This document shows positions 10,700-20,991 of a stretch of DNA of 64,000 nucleotides, piece by piece. This DNA comes from an uncultured Chloroflexia bacterium (GTDB lineage: Bacteria; Chloroflexota; Limnocylindria; QHBO01), in assembly GCA_963716585.1 (NCBI GenBank), contig CAVQTN010000002.1, positions 783,906-847,905 on the forward strand, read 5' to 3'. The position numbers were made by a program, and so were the translations under genes. Below the pieces are notes generated by a model. The model did no database searches, was not told where the DNA came from, and saw only the letters and a list, made by a program, of their open reading frames with translations. The first letter of the stretch is position 1; each line of letters begins with the position of its first letter.

Positions 10700-11651
10700 A
10701 TGGAACCAAAGCACGCGCGAACGGCTACCAGCGCGCTCGGGTTGGGCTGGCAGCGATTCCAGCGCACCTCGCTGCCTCTTCAAGCGCTCTTCGTAATTGT
10801 CGCCACCGCCACGTATGCTGATTGCGGTCACGATCGCAGGTTTCTTCGTCGGGGGCGCTGACTACGATTGGCTCATCATCGGGAGGCTGGCGCGGGTGCT
10901 CGAGGGTGGCTGTACAACTGGGCGGGCACTTATGCTGGTCATACTCTCCGTTGCTCGCTACCTCTTCGCGTTCATCACGCCAATCGGGATTCCGGTTGTT
11001 CCTGCTTCATGGCGTTGCGCTCGCTCTCTCGCCTCGCTGGTGGTTTCTTGCCGTGTCATCTGGCCCTCTGGATTGATGTGTACAACGGGAACACCATGGT
11101 GTTTGTATTCGTGGCTGCTGCCGGCGCCCTGCAGCGCAAGCCAATCGCCACCCTTGCCTACATTGAGCTCTGCTTGCTGATGCCGCGTCCGATCATGCTG
11201 CCGTTGCTCATCTGGATCGTCTGGCATCAACCTGAGTGGCGTTACGTTTTGTTGCTTGGCCGGTATTAATGGCGTGGCAGTTCTGGTTACGGGCTACGGC
11301 GTCGCTTGGGCTTGGGCGCTCTTCAGAGTGGGCGATGCAGTGGCACTGTCTGCTCGTGACATCGGGCCGGCCGCATTGTTTGGTACGTGGTGGGTCGTCC
11401 TCGGAGCCTTGCTGGCTGTGCTGTTCACGATCCGTGGCCGGCTCGGGTGGGCCAGCATGGCAGCGAGTCCCTACTGGTTTCCGCAGTATCTGCTGATGCT
11501 CGCCCTCGAACTTGTGCCATCTCAGCCGACGCGCGGGTCCGCGGCCGGGCAAGCGTCCGATGCCGCTGGCGAAGGCGAACCAGCCCCAGCCCCATCGCCA
11601 CGACGTCGCCGGCTGATATCCGGGACGCGTGGGTGGCGCGATCGGCGCTGA
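10700..11651 (+). pseudogene. GT87/DUF2029-like membrane glycosyltransferase, multiply frameshifted
   Basis: Fragments YSPLL, LWIDVYNGNTMVFVF, LMPRPIMLPLLIW..WHQPEWR and RGRLGWASMAASPYWFPQY match the paralog at 14625-15485. Confidence 0.7.
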
Positions 11652-12281
11652 GCCGAACAGGAACTTCGACCGGCCGGATCCCCAGGCGCTGCGCCACGTA
11701 GACGAGCTCGGTGCTGAACAGAAATCCTGCTTCGCACACGCCTTTGGCAGGCAACGGAGCAGCGGCCCGCCGACCAGGATTCCACAGCGGATGGCCCCTT
11801 GATATGCCCGCGACCACGCGGCTTGCGTGTCAAGCCCACGTCAACAACCCGCGAAGGAACCCACGCTCGACGACCGAATGCCGGTGCGCTTTTGAGCCGA
11901 TCAACATCGGGGGAGCGGCTCCCACCTTGTGCGGAGAGTCGATCGGCGGCGTCCAGATCATCGAAGCCGAACGGCAGGTCATCGGCCGTTAGCAGCACGA
12001 GCTTGCCGCGGCTCGCCCGGGCGCCGGCCCTCAGGGCATTGCCCATGCCCTTCTCGCTGTGCAGAACGATGCATGCGATGTCCGGCGCCTCCCAGTCTTG
12101 TGCCATCCGGGTGCAGCGCTCCAGCGTATCGTCAGTCGAGCCGTTCTCTACCAGGAGATTTCTGCTTGCGTTCCGGAGCCGATGCGTGAGGCGGGCGATG
12201 CTTTCGTCAATGACTGCCGCGGAGTTGTGCGCGGCAATTACCACCGAGAGGTCGACGGCAGGCGCTCGGTGCCGGTGTCAC
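11425..12281 (-). pseudogene. GT2 glycosyltransferase (dolichyl/polyprenyl-phosphate glycosyltransferase-like), frameshifted
   Basis: VVIAAHN, VENGSTDDT, GMGNALRAG, LLTADDLP and GFLFSTELVY..LGIRPVEVPV occur in different frames; 3' boundary approximate. Confidence 0.75.
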
Positions 12282-13777
12282 GGCGAAGACCGTTTCCACA
12301 CGACGGAGCCCGCGCCTGTAGACGCGGGCCTTCGTCGATCCATTCCAGCGAGGGGTGTGCGTGCAGGGTAAATCACGTGATCAATGCCGTAACGGTCGAG
12401 GATGGCCTGCGGATCTCTCTCCAGCCCGATGATCGATACGTACTCGCGAATCACGGCGTCACCGTAGACATCGGCGCGACCGTCGATGAAGATCGGCTGC
12501 GTCGGCAGCATCAGCCCCAGGTAGCCGCCCCACTCGTACTTGTTGAAGATCCGCGCGCCGGCGTCGTGGGCCTGCAGCCATGCGACCGCGTCCACCGGGA
12601 ACTCCTTCGCGATCTCCTCGTGCTGGCTGATCGGCGTGGCACGCGCCACGGCCAGCCCGATACCGCCGACCAGCAGCAGCGCGACCAGGACCGTGTTGGC
12701 GAGTGCCAGGCCGCCACGCGCGGGCTGCGTCAACCGGACCAGGACAGGCGACCAGCGGCGGCCGATGGCCGAATCGGAAATGGCCGGTGAAAGGTTGATG
12801 GCCACGATGGCCGCCCCGATGGGTCCGGTGATCAACAGGAAGCGCACCGCGAGGACCGACATGGCGGTCACGCCGAGCAGGATGAGGACGTCGGCCAGCC
12901 GAATCGTGCGACGCGCAAGCGCAAGCGTCGGCAGCACGCCCAGGAGGACGAACCCGAGCAGCAGCCAGCCGAACAGATTGCTCAGGCTGGCGCGCTGCCA
13001 CTCGCCGACGAAGTCCGACAGCGCACCGATGCCGACGGTGTAGCCCGGATAGCTGTAAATCGCCACGCCGTTCGGGTTGATGACCAGCGCCGCCGCGGAG
13101 ACCGCCAGCATGGCTGCCAGCCAGCCGAGTCGCTGCCAGGGCAGCGGTTCGGGCGCAACCGGTCGGCGCAGTGTGCGGTCGACAGCTTCGCCCACCAGCA
13201 CCGCGCCGCCGAACAGGAAGAGCAGCAGCCAGCCGGCGTGCAGGTTGACCCACAGGACCGCCACGAACGGCAGCAGGGCCGGCCAGCGGCGCCGGCCATC
13301 GGCCAGGTAGGTCCACAGCAGCCAGACCACGACGGAGCCCAACAGCAGGTCCACGACCTGGACGCGCACGCCAAGCACCGGCCCGGCCAGCACCAGGGCG
13401 ACCGAGAACCACACCACGCGGCCGAACCATCCGCCGCCTGGCCGCCGCAGGCTCACCGCGCGCCAGAGCACCCCGAAGGCCGCCACCACCACAACGGCTG
13501 CAGCAAGCGAAAGGACCGTCATGCCCCAGTCACCGAGCCCGTAGCCGAGCGAAAGGAGCACGTTGCTGAGCCAATCCTGGCTAATCCACGAGTGCCCCGC
13601 TGCGGTCAAACTCCAGGTGTCGACCGCCGGGATCGCGCCGGTCCGCAGGACCTCATCGCCCGCGCGGATGTGCCACCACACGTCGGGATCGATGAGCGTC
13701 CACGTCGCCCTTGTTAAGAGCGCAACGGCGAAGAAGGCGACGATCACGGCGGTGCTGCCTCTTGCCACGGCCCTCAT
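12278..13777 (-). CDS. Polytopic membrane protein, probable GT-C fold glycosyltransferase
   Basis: DPDVWWHIRAG, D.WS.T..G..W, LWVNLHAG, INPNG, IFNKYEWGGYL and FIDGRADVY motifs; start coupled (ATGA) to the upstream gene. Confidence 0.7.
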   Translation of the reverse strand: MRAVARGSTAVIVAFFAVALLTRATWTLIDPDVWWHIRAGDEVLRTGAIPAVDTWSLTAAGHSWISQDWLSNVLLSLGYGLGDWGMTVLSLAAAVVVVAAFGVLWRAVSLRRPGGGWFGRVVWFSVALVLAGPVLGVRVQVVDLLLGSVVVWLLWTYLADGRRRWPALLPFVAVLWVNLHAGWLLLFLFGGAVLVGEAVDRTLRRPVAPEPLPWQRLGWLAAMLAVSAAALVINPNGVAIYSYPGYTVGIGALSDFVGEWQRASLSNLFGWLLLGFVLLGVLPTLALARRTIRLADVLILLGVTAMSVLAVRFLLITGPIGAAIVAINLSPAISDSAIGRRWSPVLVRLTQPARGGLALANTVLVALLLVGGIGLAVARATPISQHEEIAKEFPVDAVAWLQAHDAGARIFNKYEWGGYLGLMLPTQPIFIDGRADVYGDAVIREYVSIIGLERDPQAILDRYGIDHVIYPARTPLAGMDRRRPASTGAGSVVWKRSSP

Positions 13778-14628
13778 GCGATCTGGCTTCGTCGGCCCCG
13801 CGCGGGCGGCGGGTGGCGGATGAGATAGATCGCCGCCAGCAGCATGGCGAGGCTGTCCGGCCACAGGATGGGAACCGCGATGGTCGCGGCGACCGGTACC
13901 AGCCACGCGCGATTCATCAACGCTCCGAGCGTCACCATGACCGCCGCGACGAGAACGCGGCCGACGAGCAGCAGCATGTAGCCGCCACCCGCGGTCGCCG
14001 TGTCGCCGGTGAGCCGGTCGACCCAGGCAAACCACAGATGCGGCCCGATCGCGAACGATGCGGCCGAGATGGCAGCCGTCACACCGAGTGCGATGGCAAG
14101 CCGTCGCCACTCGCGCCTGATGGCGAACCACAGGAGGCCGACGCCCGGGGTCACCTTCGTCAGGAGCACGAAGGACCAGCTGGCGGGGTAGCGCAGGCCA
14201 ATGGCGATCGCGACGCCGAGCATGAGGTGGATGTTCCCGATGAAGACATCGCGGAACACGAAGGGCAGCAGCGTCAACGCCAGCGCGCCCCCGACCGGCG
14301 TCACCAGGAATGCCAGCGCGGCGATGCTCAACCCGGTCCACAGGGCATGGAACAGTTCCCAGGGGAGCAGGCGCGCCGGGGTGAGTGCCTCGATGAACGC
14401 CGGCGAATAGAGGTATGCGCCGGGCATTCCGATCTGTGGACCGGGATACGGGTCCTCCAGCGATGTACCCCAGTACGTCCGCGCATCGATGCCATGGATG
14501 CCCCCCTGGTCGGGGACCAGGAGCGCCCAGCGCACCAGTAGATATGCGATCGCTAGAGCCGTGGCACCACGCCAGATCGTCGGCGCCGCGGCGTGCCAGT
14601 TGCGCATTGCGAGGCCGGACGTGCTCAT
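13774..14628 (-). CDS. GT87/DUF2029-like glycosyltransferase
   Basis: DARTYW, YLYSPAF, GNIH and LLTKVTPGVGLLWFAIRREWR motifs; ATGA overlap with the upstream gene. Confidence 0.8.
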   Translation of the reverse strand: MSTSGLAMRNWHAAAPTIWRGATALAIAYLLVRWALLVPDQGGIHGIDARTYWGTSLEDPYPGPQIGMPGAYLYSPAFIEALTPARLLPWELFHALWTGLSIAALAFLVTPVGGALALTLLPFVFRDVFIGNIHLMLGVAIAIGLRYPASWSFVLLTKVTPGVGLLWFAIRREWRRLAIALGVTAAISAASFAIGPHLWFAWVDRLTGDTATAGGGYMLLLVGRVLVAAVMVTLGALMNRAWLVPVAATIAVPILWPDSLAMLLAAIYLIRHPPPARGRRSQIA

Positions 14629-15485
14629 CGATGAGCGCTTCCGGTTGTCACATCTCTGGCCCGACCCCAGGGGCTCTCGAGAAACAGCATGAGGAAGTAG
14701 TAGGGCAGCCAATACGGGCTCGCGGCAAGCGACGCGATGCCCAGGCGGCCGCGCCAGGTGCAGTAGGCCGCGATCACCAGGCCGATGGGCACCCAGGCCA
14801 GCCCGATCAGCCGGGACGGTCCGAAATTGAGCGCAGAGCCGATCTCCGTGGATGAGCCGATGAGGGCGCCGATCCACGGCGCCGCCCAGCCGCTGAGAAG
14901 GACGATCGCGGCCTGCACGATGAACATGACGGCAAACGGCACGCGCCAGCGGGGATGCTTCCAGAGCAGCCAGACGGCCACCGGCAGCATGAGCGGCCGG
15001 GGGGCGAGCAGCAGCAGCCCCAGAAAGCCGCCGATGGCCCACGACCGCCCGGCGAGCGACCAGACCGCCAGCAGCAGCACGAAGATCATGATGTTCCCGG
15101 CTTCGACGTCGAACCAGAACGGCCACGAGAGCAGGACGAGCACCGCGAGCCATGGCGATCGAAGCCCAAGGGATGCCGCGGCGACGACGTGCAGCGCTCG
15201 CCAGGCGAGCGGACCGATCGGAGCGATGGCCGCGAACAGATAGGCGAGCAGCGGCGAATACCGGAACGCGTAGTTGTCCTCGGCGGCATAGAGCGCGCCG
15301 CCGTGTACGGCACGTTGGCCAGCCTCGCCGAAGATCGTCCAATCGGCTCCGGCGCCGCCGTGCAGCATCGTCCAGTCGGTCCGCGTGAACAGGTAGAAGT
15401 TGAGCAGGACGAGCAGGGCAAGGACCGCTCCGCCGAGGACGAAGCGCGGAGAGACCCGGTGGAAGGCAACCGCCGAGCTGGTCAC
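14625..15485 (-). CDS. GT87/DUF2029-like glycosyltransferase
   Basis: DWTIF, FRYSPLL and DVEAGNI motifs; GTGA overlap with the upstream gene. Confidence 0.75.
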   Translation of the reverse strand: MTSSAVAFHRVSPRFVLGGAVLALLVLLNFYLFTRTDWTMLHGGAGADWTIFGEAGQRAVHGGALYAAEDNYAFRYSPLLAYLFAAIAPIGPLAWRALHVVAAASLGLRSPWLAVLVLLSWPFWFDVEAGNIMIFVLLLAVWSLAGRSWAIGGFLGLLLLAPRPLMLPVAVWLLWKHPRWRVPFAVMFIVQAAIVLLSGWAAPWIGALIGSSTEIGSALNFGPSRLIGLAWVPIGLVIAAYCTWRGRLGIASLAASPYWLPYYFLMLFLESPWGRARDVTTGSAHR

Positions 15486-16312
15486 GGCCGCACCTTCGGA
15501 TCCTTGCGGTTGACGGCACCCAGTGCCAGGAAGCTGGGCTGGTAGTAGCTCCAGCGCGGGATCGCGAAGAGCACCGCCACGGACGCCGCCAGCCAGCCAT
15601 ACCGGGTCCGTGCCAGCCACCATGCAACGGCGGTCAGCGCCGCAGCCACGACGAGTGCCAGCCACGATGGGATCGGTCCCGCCGCTGCTGCCACGTCGAT
15701 CGGGTAGTGCGACAGGTCGAAGGCCAGCATCGGCAGCGTCAGGGCGGCGGTCAGCGCCAGCGTCCATCCGGCGCGCGTCCATTCCCGCCGCCCGACGTAG
15801 ACGGCTACGAGCAGCAGCGGCGTTGCCTTCAGCGACGCCGCCACGGCAATCCAGAGTGGCCCGCTGCGACGCTCGAGCCCGAAGAGCAGCAGCGCCAGCA
15901 GGATGGGTTGCACGTTGCCGGAGGTTGCCGCGGGGATGAGCAGCGCGGCCAGGAGGAGTCCCATCAGTATCGCTGCGGTGCCTCCTGCTCGGACGACACC
16001 CCAGATGCAGAAGCCGGTGGCAACCAGGCATGCCGCCTCCCACAGGCCGTAGGCAATGGACTGCGGCAGAAGCGTCAGCGGTACCCAGAGCGCGGCGAAC
16101 CAGGGCGCATAGCGATACACCTCGGACACGTCCTGGCTGGCCAGTGCGGGGTAGAGCGGAGCTCCCTCCTTCAGGCGTGCCGCCGCTTGCCAGTACGCAT
16201 CTGCATCCTGCAGCCACCAGCTCGCGCTGATCTGGCCCAGCGCAAGGACGGCGAGCGCCAGCAGGCACGCGACCGAGATCGCCTGAGCGGCGCGCACCGA
16301 CCTAGGTTGCAT
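15482..16312 (-). CDS. GT87/DUF2029-like glycosyltransferase
   Basis: DADAYWQAA, YRYAPWFA, GNVQP and SLKATP motifs. Confidence 0.8.
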   Translation of the reverse strand: MQPRSVRAAQAISVACLLALAVLALGQISASWWLQDADAYWQAAARLKEGAPLYPALASQDVSEVYRYAPWFAALWVPLTLLPQSIAYGLWEAACLVATGFCIWGVVRAGGTAAILMGLLLAALLIPAATSGNVQPILLALLLFGLERRSGPLWIAVAASLKATPLLLVAVYVGRREWTRAGWTLALTAALTLPMLAFDLSHYPIDVAAAAGPIPSWLALVVAAALTAVAWWLARTRYGWLAASVAVLFAIPRWSYYQPSFLALGAVNRKDPKVRP

Positions 16313-17189
16313 GCGTGTTGCGCTGTCGGCGGGACGCCATCAACATCGCCGCGACCGCGACGAGCATCGCGAAGCCGTCGTAGACCCAGATGATCGGCAG
16401 GGCGACGAACGCCGCGGCGGGAACGGTCCAGGCCCTGTTCGTCACGCCTCCCCAAACGACGAGTGCGAGGGCGCCCACCAGCCGGATGACGAGTGGCACG
16501 GCGACATGCAGGCCGGCCGGTGGAGTCCCGAGGTTCGAGCGCAGGATCGAGAACCAGTCGTACCACAGCTGCGGGGCGACGATGAACGACGCCAGGGCGA
16601 GCCCTGCCGTGATGGCCAGGGCGGTACCCAATCGACGCCACTCGCGGCGAACGGCGAACCATACGAGTCCCACGCCGGGCGTCACCTTCGTCAGCAGGAC
16701 GAAGCTCCACGTGCCCGGATGGCGGAAGCCGGCCACGACGGCCGCTCCCAGGATCAGATGGACGTTGCCGGTCAGCAGGTCCTGCCACAGGGGGGCGGCC
16801 GGGATGAGGAGCACGACCGCCGCCCAGCGCAGGCCGAGCAGGTAGACCAGGCTTCCCAGCGAGATCGCGGCGAGGGCCGCATAGAACGCATGTGCCGGCA
16901 GCCACTGGACGAGCATCAGCAGCTGGACGATGACCGGCGAATACAGGAATGCCCCCTCGCTGCCGGCGTGTGACACCGCATATGGCTGCGAAGCGTCGAA
17001 GGCCCGAAACGCGTCGGCATCGACGTGGCTGCCGGCGGTCACGACGAAGAGCCACACCCAGGCGAGGAAGGCGACCGCCAGAAGGCTTGCGATATCCCCG
17101 GCCAGGCCCGTGCGCGTGCGGGCTGATCGCGGGACCGTCGCGGCCCGCCAGCTGCGCTCGACAAGCCCCGGCCGCGAAAGGCTCTTCAC
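16302..17189 (-). CDS. GT87/DUF2029-like glycosyltransferase (start uncertain)
   Basis: DADAF, FLYSP, GNVH and LLTKVTPGVGLVWFAVRREWR motifs. Confidence 0.78.
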   Translation of the reverse strand: MKSLSRPGLVERSWRAATVPRSARTRTGLAGDIASLLAVAFLAWVWLFVVTAGSHVDADAFRAFDASQPYAVSHAGSEGAFLYSPVIVQLLMLVQWLPAHAFYAALAAISLGSLVYLLGLRWAAVVLLIPAAPLWQDLLTGNVHLILGAAVVAGFRHPGTWSFVLLTKVTPGVGLVWFAVRREWRRLGTALAITAGLALASFIVAPQLWYDWFSILRSNLGTPPAGLHVAVPLVIRLVGALALVVWGGVTNRAWTVPAAAFVALPIIWVYDGFAMLVAVAAMLMASRRQRNTHAT

Positions 17190-17229
17190 TCGCGGAGCCT
17201 GGACCAGCCGGACAGGAAGCAAACGCGGG

Positions 17230-19260
17230 TCATGTCTCCAGCGCGCGAGCCGGCCCATGCGCCGGCTGGATGGTCTCCGTTTCGCGCAGCGCGACCAGCT
17301 GCCCGCGCCCGCTGAGATAGGCAAGCGTGTACAGGACGGCCACCAGGACGGCGAGCGCCTGGTACCCGGTGATCAGCGACGCGTACTCGAGGATGCCGCC
17401 CACCATGGCGCCCAGGAGGTTGGCACCAAATGCGACCGTCGAGGCGCTGACGCTCTGGAAGCGCTGGGCGAACACCAGGTTGGCGATGAAGATCGGCGTG
17501 AACCAGAGGCCGATCGCGGCGAGGAACCGGGGCGCGGTGGCGAGCCCCAGCAGCGCGTCGGCGGGGACGAACCAGCTCACCAGGACCATGAGCACCAGCA
17601 CGAGGTAGATGATGTCCGGCCGAGGCAGGCGGAAGCGGCGCGTGACCTCGATGGCCGCCAGCACCGAAGCCAGGACTCCCGCGAACACGAGCGCATTGAC
17701 GAACCACGTCGTGCCGAACAGCAGCGCGAACTGGACCACGCCCTTCGTCTCCAGGAGCAGGAACGCCGCGCCCATGAAGAACAGGTCAAGGTAGCTGCCC
17801 ATGCGCCGATACGGACCGGCGACCACGCGAGTCATGGCCAGCGACGCCGCCAGGATGAGCCCGATGACGAGCAGGTAGAAGGCGGGAATCCCGCGATCCT
17901 TGAGGTAGAGGAACGGGTAGTCGTCCCGGGCCGGTGTCGGCGCCGACGCGCCGAGTGCCGCCAGGGTGCCGCCCCGGCAATCGACACCGGCCTGCTCGAG
18001 GCCAACCGTCAGGACCGCCAGGTGCCCGATGTTGCCGACGCTGTCCTCGCAGGCAGGATGGCCGTAGACGACCTCCAGGGTGCGCGCCAGCCGGTCGATG
18101 AGCCACGACTCGCGGTAGTAGTTGTACATGGCGAACACGCCGTTCGGCTTGAGATGCTCCCGGGCCGAGCTCATCGCCTCCTGCGTGAAGAGGTAGCTCT
18201 CCAGGCGCAGGCTCGACTGGCCCTGGACGAGCGTCAGCGAATCGGGGAGGGCAAACAGGACGAGGTCGTAGCTTCGATCCGTCTGCTCGAGGAACGCGCG
18301 GCCGTCGTTGATGTGGGTCTCGACACGCGGATCCTGGTAGGGAAGGTCCGGATGCAGCTGCGCCCCCAGTTGCTGGAGCTTCGGGTCGATCTCCACGGCA
18401 TCCACGTGGCCCGCGCCGTTCGCCAGCGCGATGGCGACGTCACTGCCGTTTCCCGCACCCACGATCAGGACGTTGTCGAGTTTCTTCGCCTGATTTCGCT
18501 CGTACGGCACGAAGTACGTCGGGTCGCTCGCCCGCCGAAGCTCGACCGACTGGACCGACTGGTGTGGGATGCCATTCACGTTGATGTCGTAGGTCCCGCG
18601 CCCCGCTGGAACGGGCTGAACTGCGACCTTGTAGTACGGCGACCAGCTGAAGGCGGGAACCATCGACTCCCGCCCCAGGACGAAGACGAGCGCCACCACG
18701 GCGAGCACCTGCAGCACCAGCCAGCCCCGCTGGCGCAGGACCAGGAACAATGCGCCGACCACGATTCCCCAGGCCACCGGCGGCGCCCACACGAACGACA
18801 GCGCGGAGAAGCCCACGATCCCCAGCAGGCTGCCGGTGATATCCCAACGGTAGGCTTCGAGTGGCGGGAAGGTCACGAACGTGCGAGCCACGCCCTCGCC
18901 GATCATGGCCATGACCGCGGCGACCGCGACGAAGATGATCGGCAGGGTGAGCCACGGCGGAAGGCCGCTGGGACTCAGGTTTCCGAAGTAGATGAGATCG
19001 CTGCCGCTGCGGTCGATCTCGACCGGAAAGATGATGACGAACCCGACGAAGAGCGCCAGGACGATGGGCGCGTACCGGAAGGAGTCGAACTTCGCCTCGC
19101 CGCGCAGGAAGCCCAGGCCGATGCCCAGGAAGCTCCCCAACAGCACGAAGTTCGAGAAGTAGGACAGGTAGACGACGTTCGATCCCGTCCAGCGGATCAG
19201 GGCCAGCTCGGTGAAGAGCATCAGGAAGCTCAGCAGCACGAGGCGGAGGCGTCTATCCAT
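17230..19260 (-). CDS. Membrane-fused spermidine-synthase-fold SAM-dependent transferase
   Basis: TM bundles at both ends around a Rossmann core: WSPYYK, NGIPHQ, VLIVGAGNGSDV, VEIDP, DGRAFL, YDLVLF and DDYPFLY. Confidence 0.8.
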   Translation of the reverse strand: MDRRLRLVLLSFLMLFTELALIRWTGSNVVYLSYFSNFVLLGSFLGIGLGFLRGEAKFDSFRYAPIVLALFVGFVIIFPVEIDRSGSDLIYFGNLSPSGLPPWLTLPIIFVAVAAVMAMIGEGVARTFVTFPPLEAYRWDITGSLLGIVGFSALSFVWAPPVAWGIVVGALFLVLRQRGWLVLQVLAVVALVFVLGRESMVPAFSWSPYYKVAVQPVPAGRGTYDINVNGIPHQSVQSVELRRASDPTYFVPYERNQAKKLDNVLIVGAGNGSDVAIALANGAGHVDAVEIDPKLQQLGAQLHPDLPYQDPRVETHINDGRAFLEQTDRSYDLVLFALPDSLTLVQGQSSLRLESYLFTQEAMSSAREHLKPNGVFAMYNYYRESWLIDRLARTLEVVYGHPACEDSVGNIGHLAVLTVGLEQAGVDCRGGTLAALGASAPTPARDDYPFLYLKDRGIPAFYLLVIGLILAASLAMTRVVAGPYRRMGSYLDLFFMGAAFLLLETKGVVQFALLFGTTWFVNALVFAGVLASVLAAIEVTRRFRLPRPDIIYLVLVLMVLVSWFVPADALLGLATAPRFLAAIGLWFTPIFIANLVFAQRFQSVSASTVAFGANLLGAMVGGILEYASLITGYQALAVLVAVLYTLAYLSGRGQLVALRETETIQPAHGPARALET

Positions 19261-20125
19261 TCGGCGAATCTCCGTTCGGTGGCGTTGGGTTGGCCGCTCC
19301 GACGAGCAGCAGGCTGAGGTCGATGAGGCTCACGCGGGGCAGGAGAGCGAACAATCCGGCCGACGCCGCCAGCCACGCGAATTTGGTCCGGGCAAGGGTA
19401 AGCGTCGCCACCACCGCGGCAATGGCACCGACGGCGTAGAGAACGGGACTTGTGGCCAACAGCGGGCTGGGCGAATCGCCGAATCCGGCCGGGTAGTCGG
19501 CCAGGTCATAGAGCAGCGCCGGCAGCCAGAGCAGTGCAGCGACCGCTACCGCGATCGCGAATCGCCTCCACTCCCGCCGGCCGAGATACACGAGCGCATA
19601 GAACAGGGGAAAGACCTTCAGCGAGGCGGCCACACCGATCCACAGCGGCCCCGATCGCCGGGTGACGGTATGGACCAGGACGGCGACGAGCAGCGGCTGC
19701 ACGTTGCCACTCGCCGCCGACCACAGGAGCAGCGATCCAAAGAACGCCGCGACGGCCAGGCGCGTCAACGTGGGCCGCGCCAGGATCGGGAGAACGGCGA
19801 TGCCGCTGGCACCCACCAGGATCGCGGACCACAGCGCGCCGACGATCGCCTTGGGCAGCAAGGTCAGCGGGATCCAGGCCCAGGCGAACCACGGCGCGTA
19901 TTTGTAGATGTCGACCGCCGCCGGGTCGACCACCGGCGGATAGAGCGCCGCGCCATGGCGCAGGCGCATGGCGGCGTTCCAGTAGGCGTCCATGTCGGAC
20001 AGCGACCAGTCGCCGAGGCGCTGGATGACGTTCGCCAGGCTCCAGCCGATGACGATCGCCAGCGCGAGGATGCGGGCCGTGCGCATCGGCCATGTCGGGC
20101 CGGTTGCCATCGCCAAGGCGGTCAT
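19253..20125 (-). CDS. GT87/DUF2029-like glycosyltransferase
   Basis: WSLSDMDAYWNAAMRLR, YKYAPWFA, GNVQP and SLKVFP motifs. Confidence 0.8.
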   Translation of the reverse strand: MTALAMATGPTWPMRTARILALAIVIGWSLANVIQRLGDWSLSDMDAYWNAAMRLRHGAALYPPVVDPAAVDIYKYAPWFAWAWIPLTLLPKAIVGALWSAILVGASGIAVLPILARPTLTRLAVAAFFGSLLLWSAASGNVQPLLVAVLVHTVTRRSGPLWIGVAASLKVFPLFYALVYLGRREWRRFAIAVAVAALLWLPALLYDLADYPAGFGDSPSPLLATSPVLYAVGAIAAVVATLTLARTKFAWLAASAGLFALLPRVSLIDLSLLLVGAANPTPPNGDSPNG

Positions 20126-20991
20126 GGCTTGGCCGGCCGTCCGTCGCGGATGCCGACCAGCAGCTGGGGCAGGTCGAGCAGCGTGATGCGCGGCAGCGCG
20201 ACGAGCACCGCGGCGGCGGCGCTCAGCCGGTCGTACGGCGACCGGCGCGCGGCAAGCAGCACGGTGACTGCCGCCAGGAGGGCAACCCCCGCGGCGTACA
20301 GCAATGGCGAGATCGCCAGCAGTGGCGAGGGCGCGTCTCCGGAGCCGGCGGGGTACGCGCGCAGGTCGACCAGCAGGAAGGGCGCCGCCAGCAGCGCCGC
20401 GACGGCAACCGAGGCAGCCGCCCGCCACCACTGGCGCCGTGCGACGTAGATCAGCGCGTAGAGCAGCGGCACTGCCTTGAGCGATGCGGTGAGGCCAACC
20501 CAGAGCGGACCGCTGCGCCGCTCCAGGCCGTGCACCAGCGCAGCCACCAGCAGGGGCTGCACGTTGCCGACCGATGCCGCCCAGACGAGGAAGCTGCCCA
20601 GCAGGAATGCGACAGCCAGCGCCGTCAACCCGCCACGCCGCAGCGGCCACAGGGCCGCCAGCGTCCCGGCGAGCAGGGCGACGGACCAGGCGAAGCCGAC
20701 GATCACCTTGGGCACGAACGTCAGCGGCACCCACGCGGCCGCGAACCACGGCGCGTAGCGGTAGACATCGGCCGCGCTCGGATCGGCCAGCGGCGGATAC
20801 AGCGACTGGCCATCGCGCAGGCGCATCGCCGCATTCCAGTAGGCATCCATGTCCGATAGCGACCACGCCGCGACGTGGAAGGCGATATTCGAGATGCTCC
20901 AGCCGATGACGATGGCCAGCACGACCAGCCGCGCGACGCGCGCCGGCGCGAGCGAGCCGGACAGGCTAGCCGTGTGACTGAGCGAGGTCAT
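20122..20991 (-). CDS. GT87/DUF2029-like glycosyltransferase
   Basis: WSLSDMDAYWNAAMRLR, YRYAPWFA, GNVQP and SLKAVP motifs; close paralog of 19253-20125. Confidence 0.8.
   Translation of the reverse strand: MTSLSHTASLSGSLAPARVARLVVLAIVIGWSISNIAFHVAAWSLSDMDAYWNAAMRLRDGQSLYPPLADPSAADVYRYAPWFAAAWVPLTFVPKVIVGFAWSVALLAGTLAALWPLRRGGLTALAVAFLLGSFLVWAASVGNVQPLLVAALVHGLERRSGPLWVGLTASLKAVPLLYALIYVARRQWWRAAASVAVAALLAAPFLLVDLRAYPAGSGDAPSPLLAISPLLYAAGVALLAAVTVLLAARRSPYDRLSAAAAVLVALPRITLLDLPQLLVGIRDGRPAKP

Noticed and set aside
16930-19317. Long antisense or alternative-frame ORFs (795 aa here; also 30878-33034 and 41293-42816)
   Set aside because: Arg/Gly/Ala-rich shadow ORFs typical of high-GC DNA, lying opposite well-supported genes.
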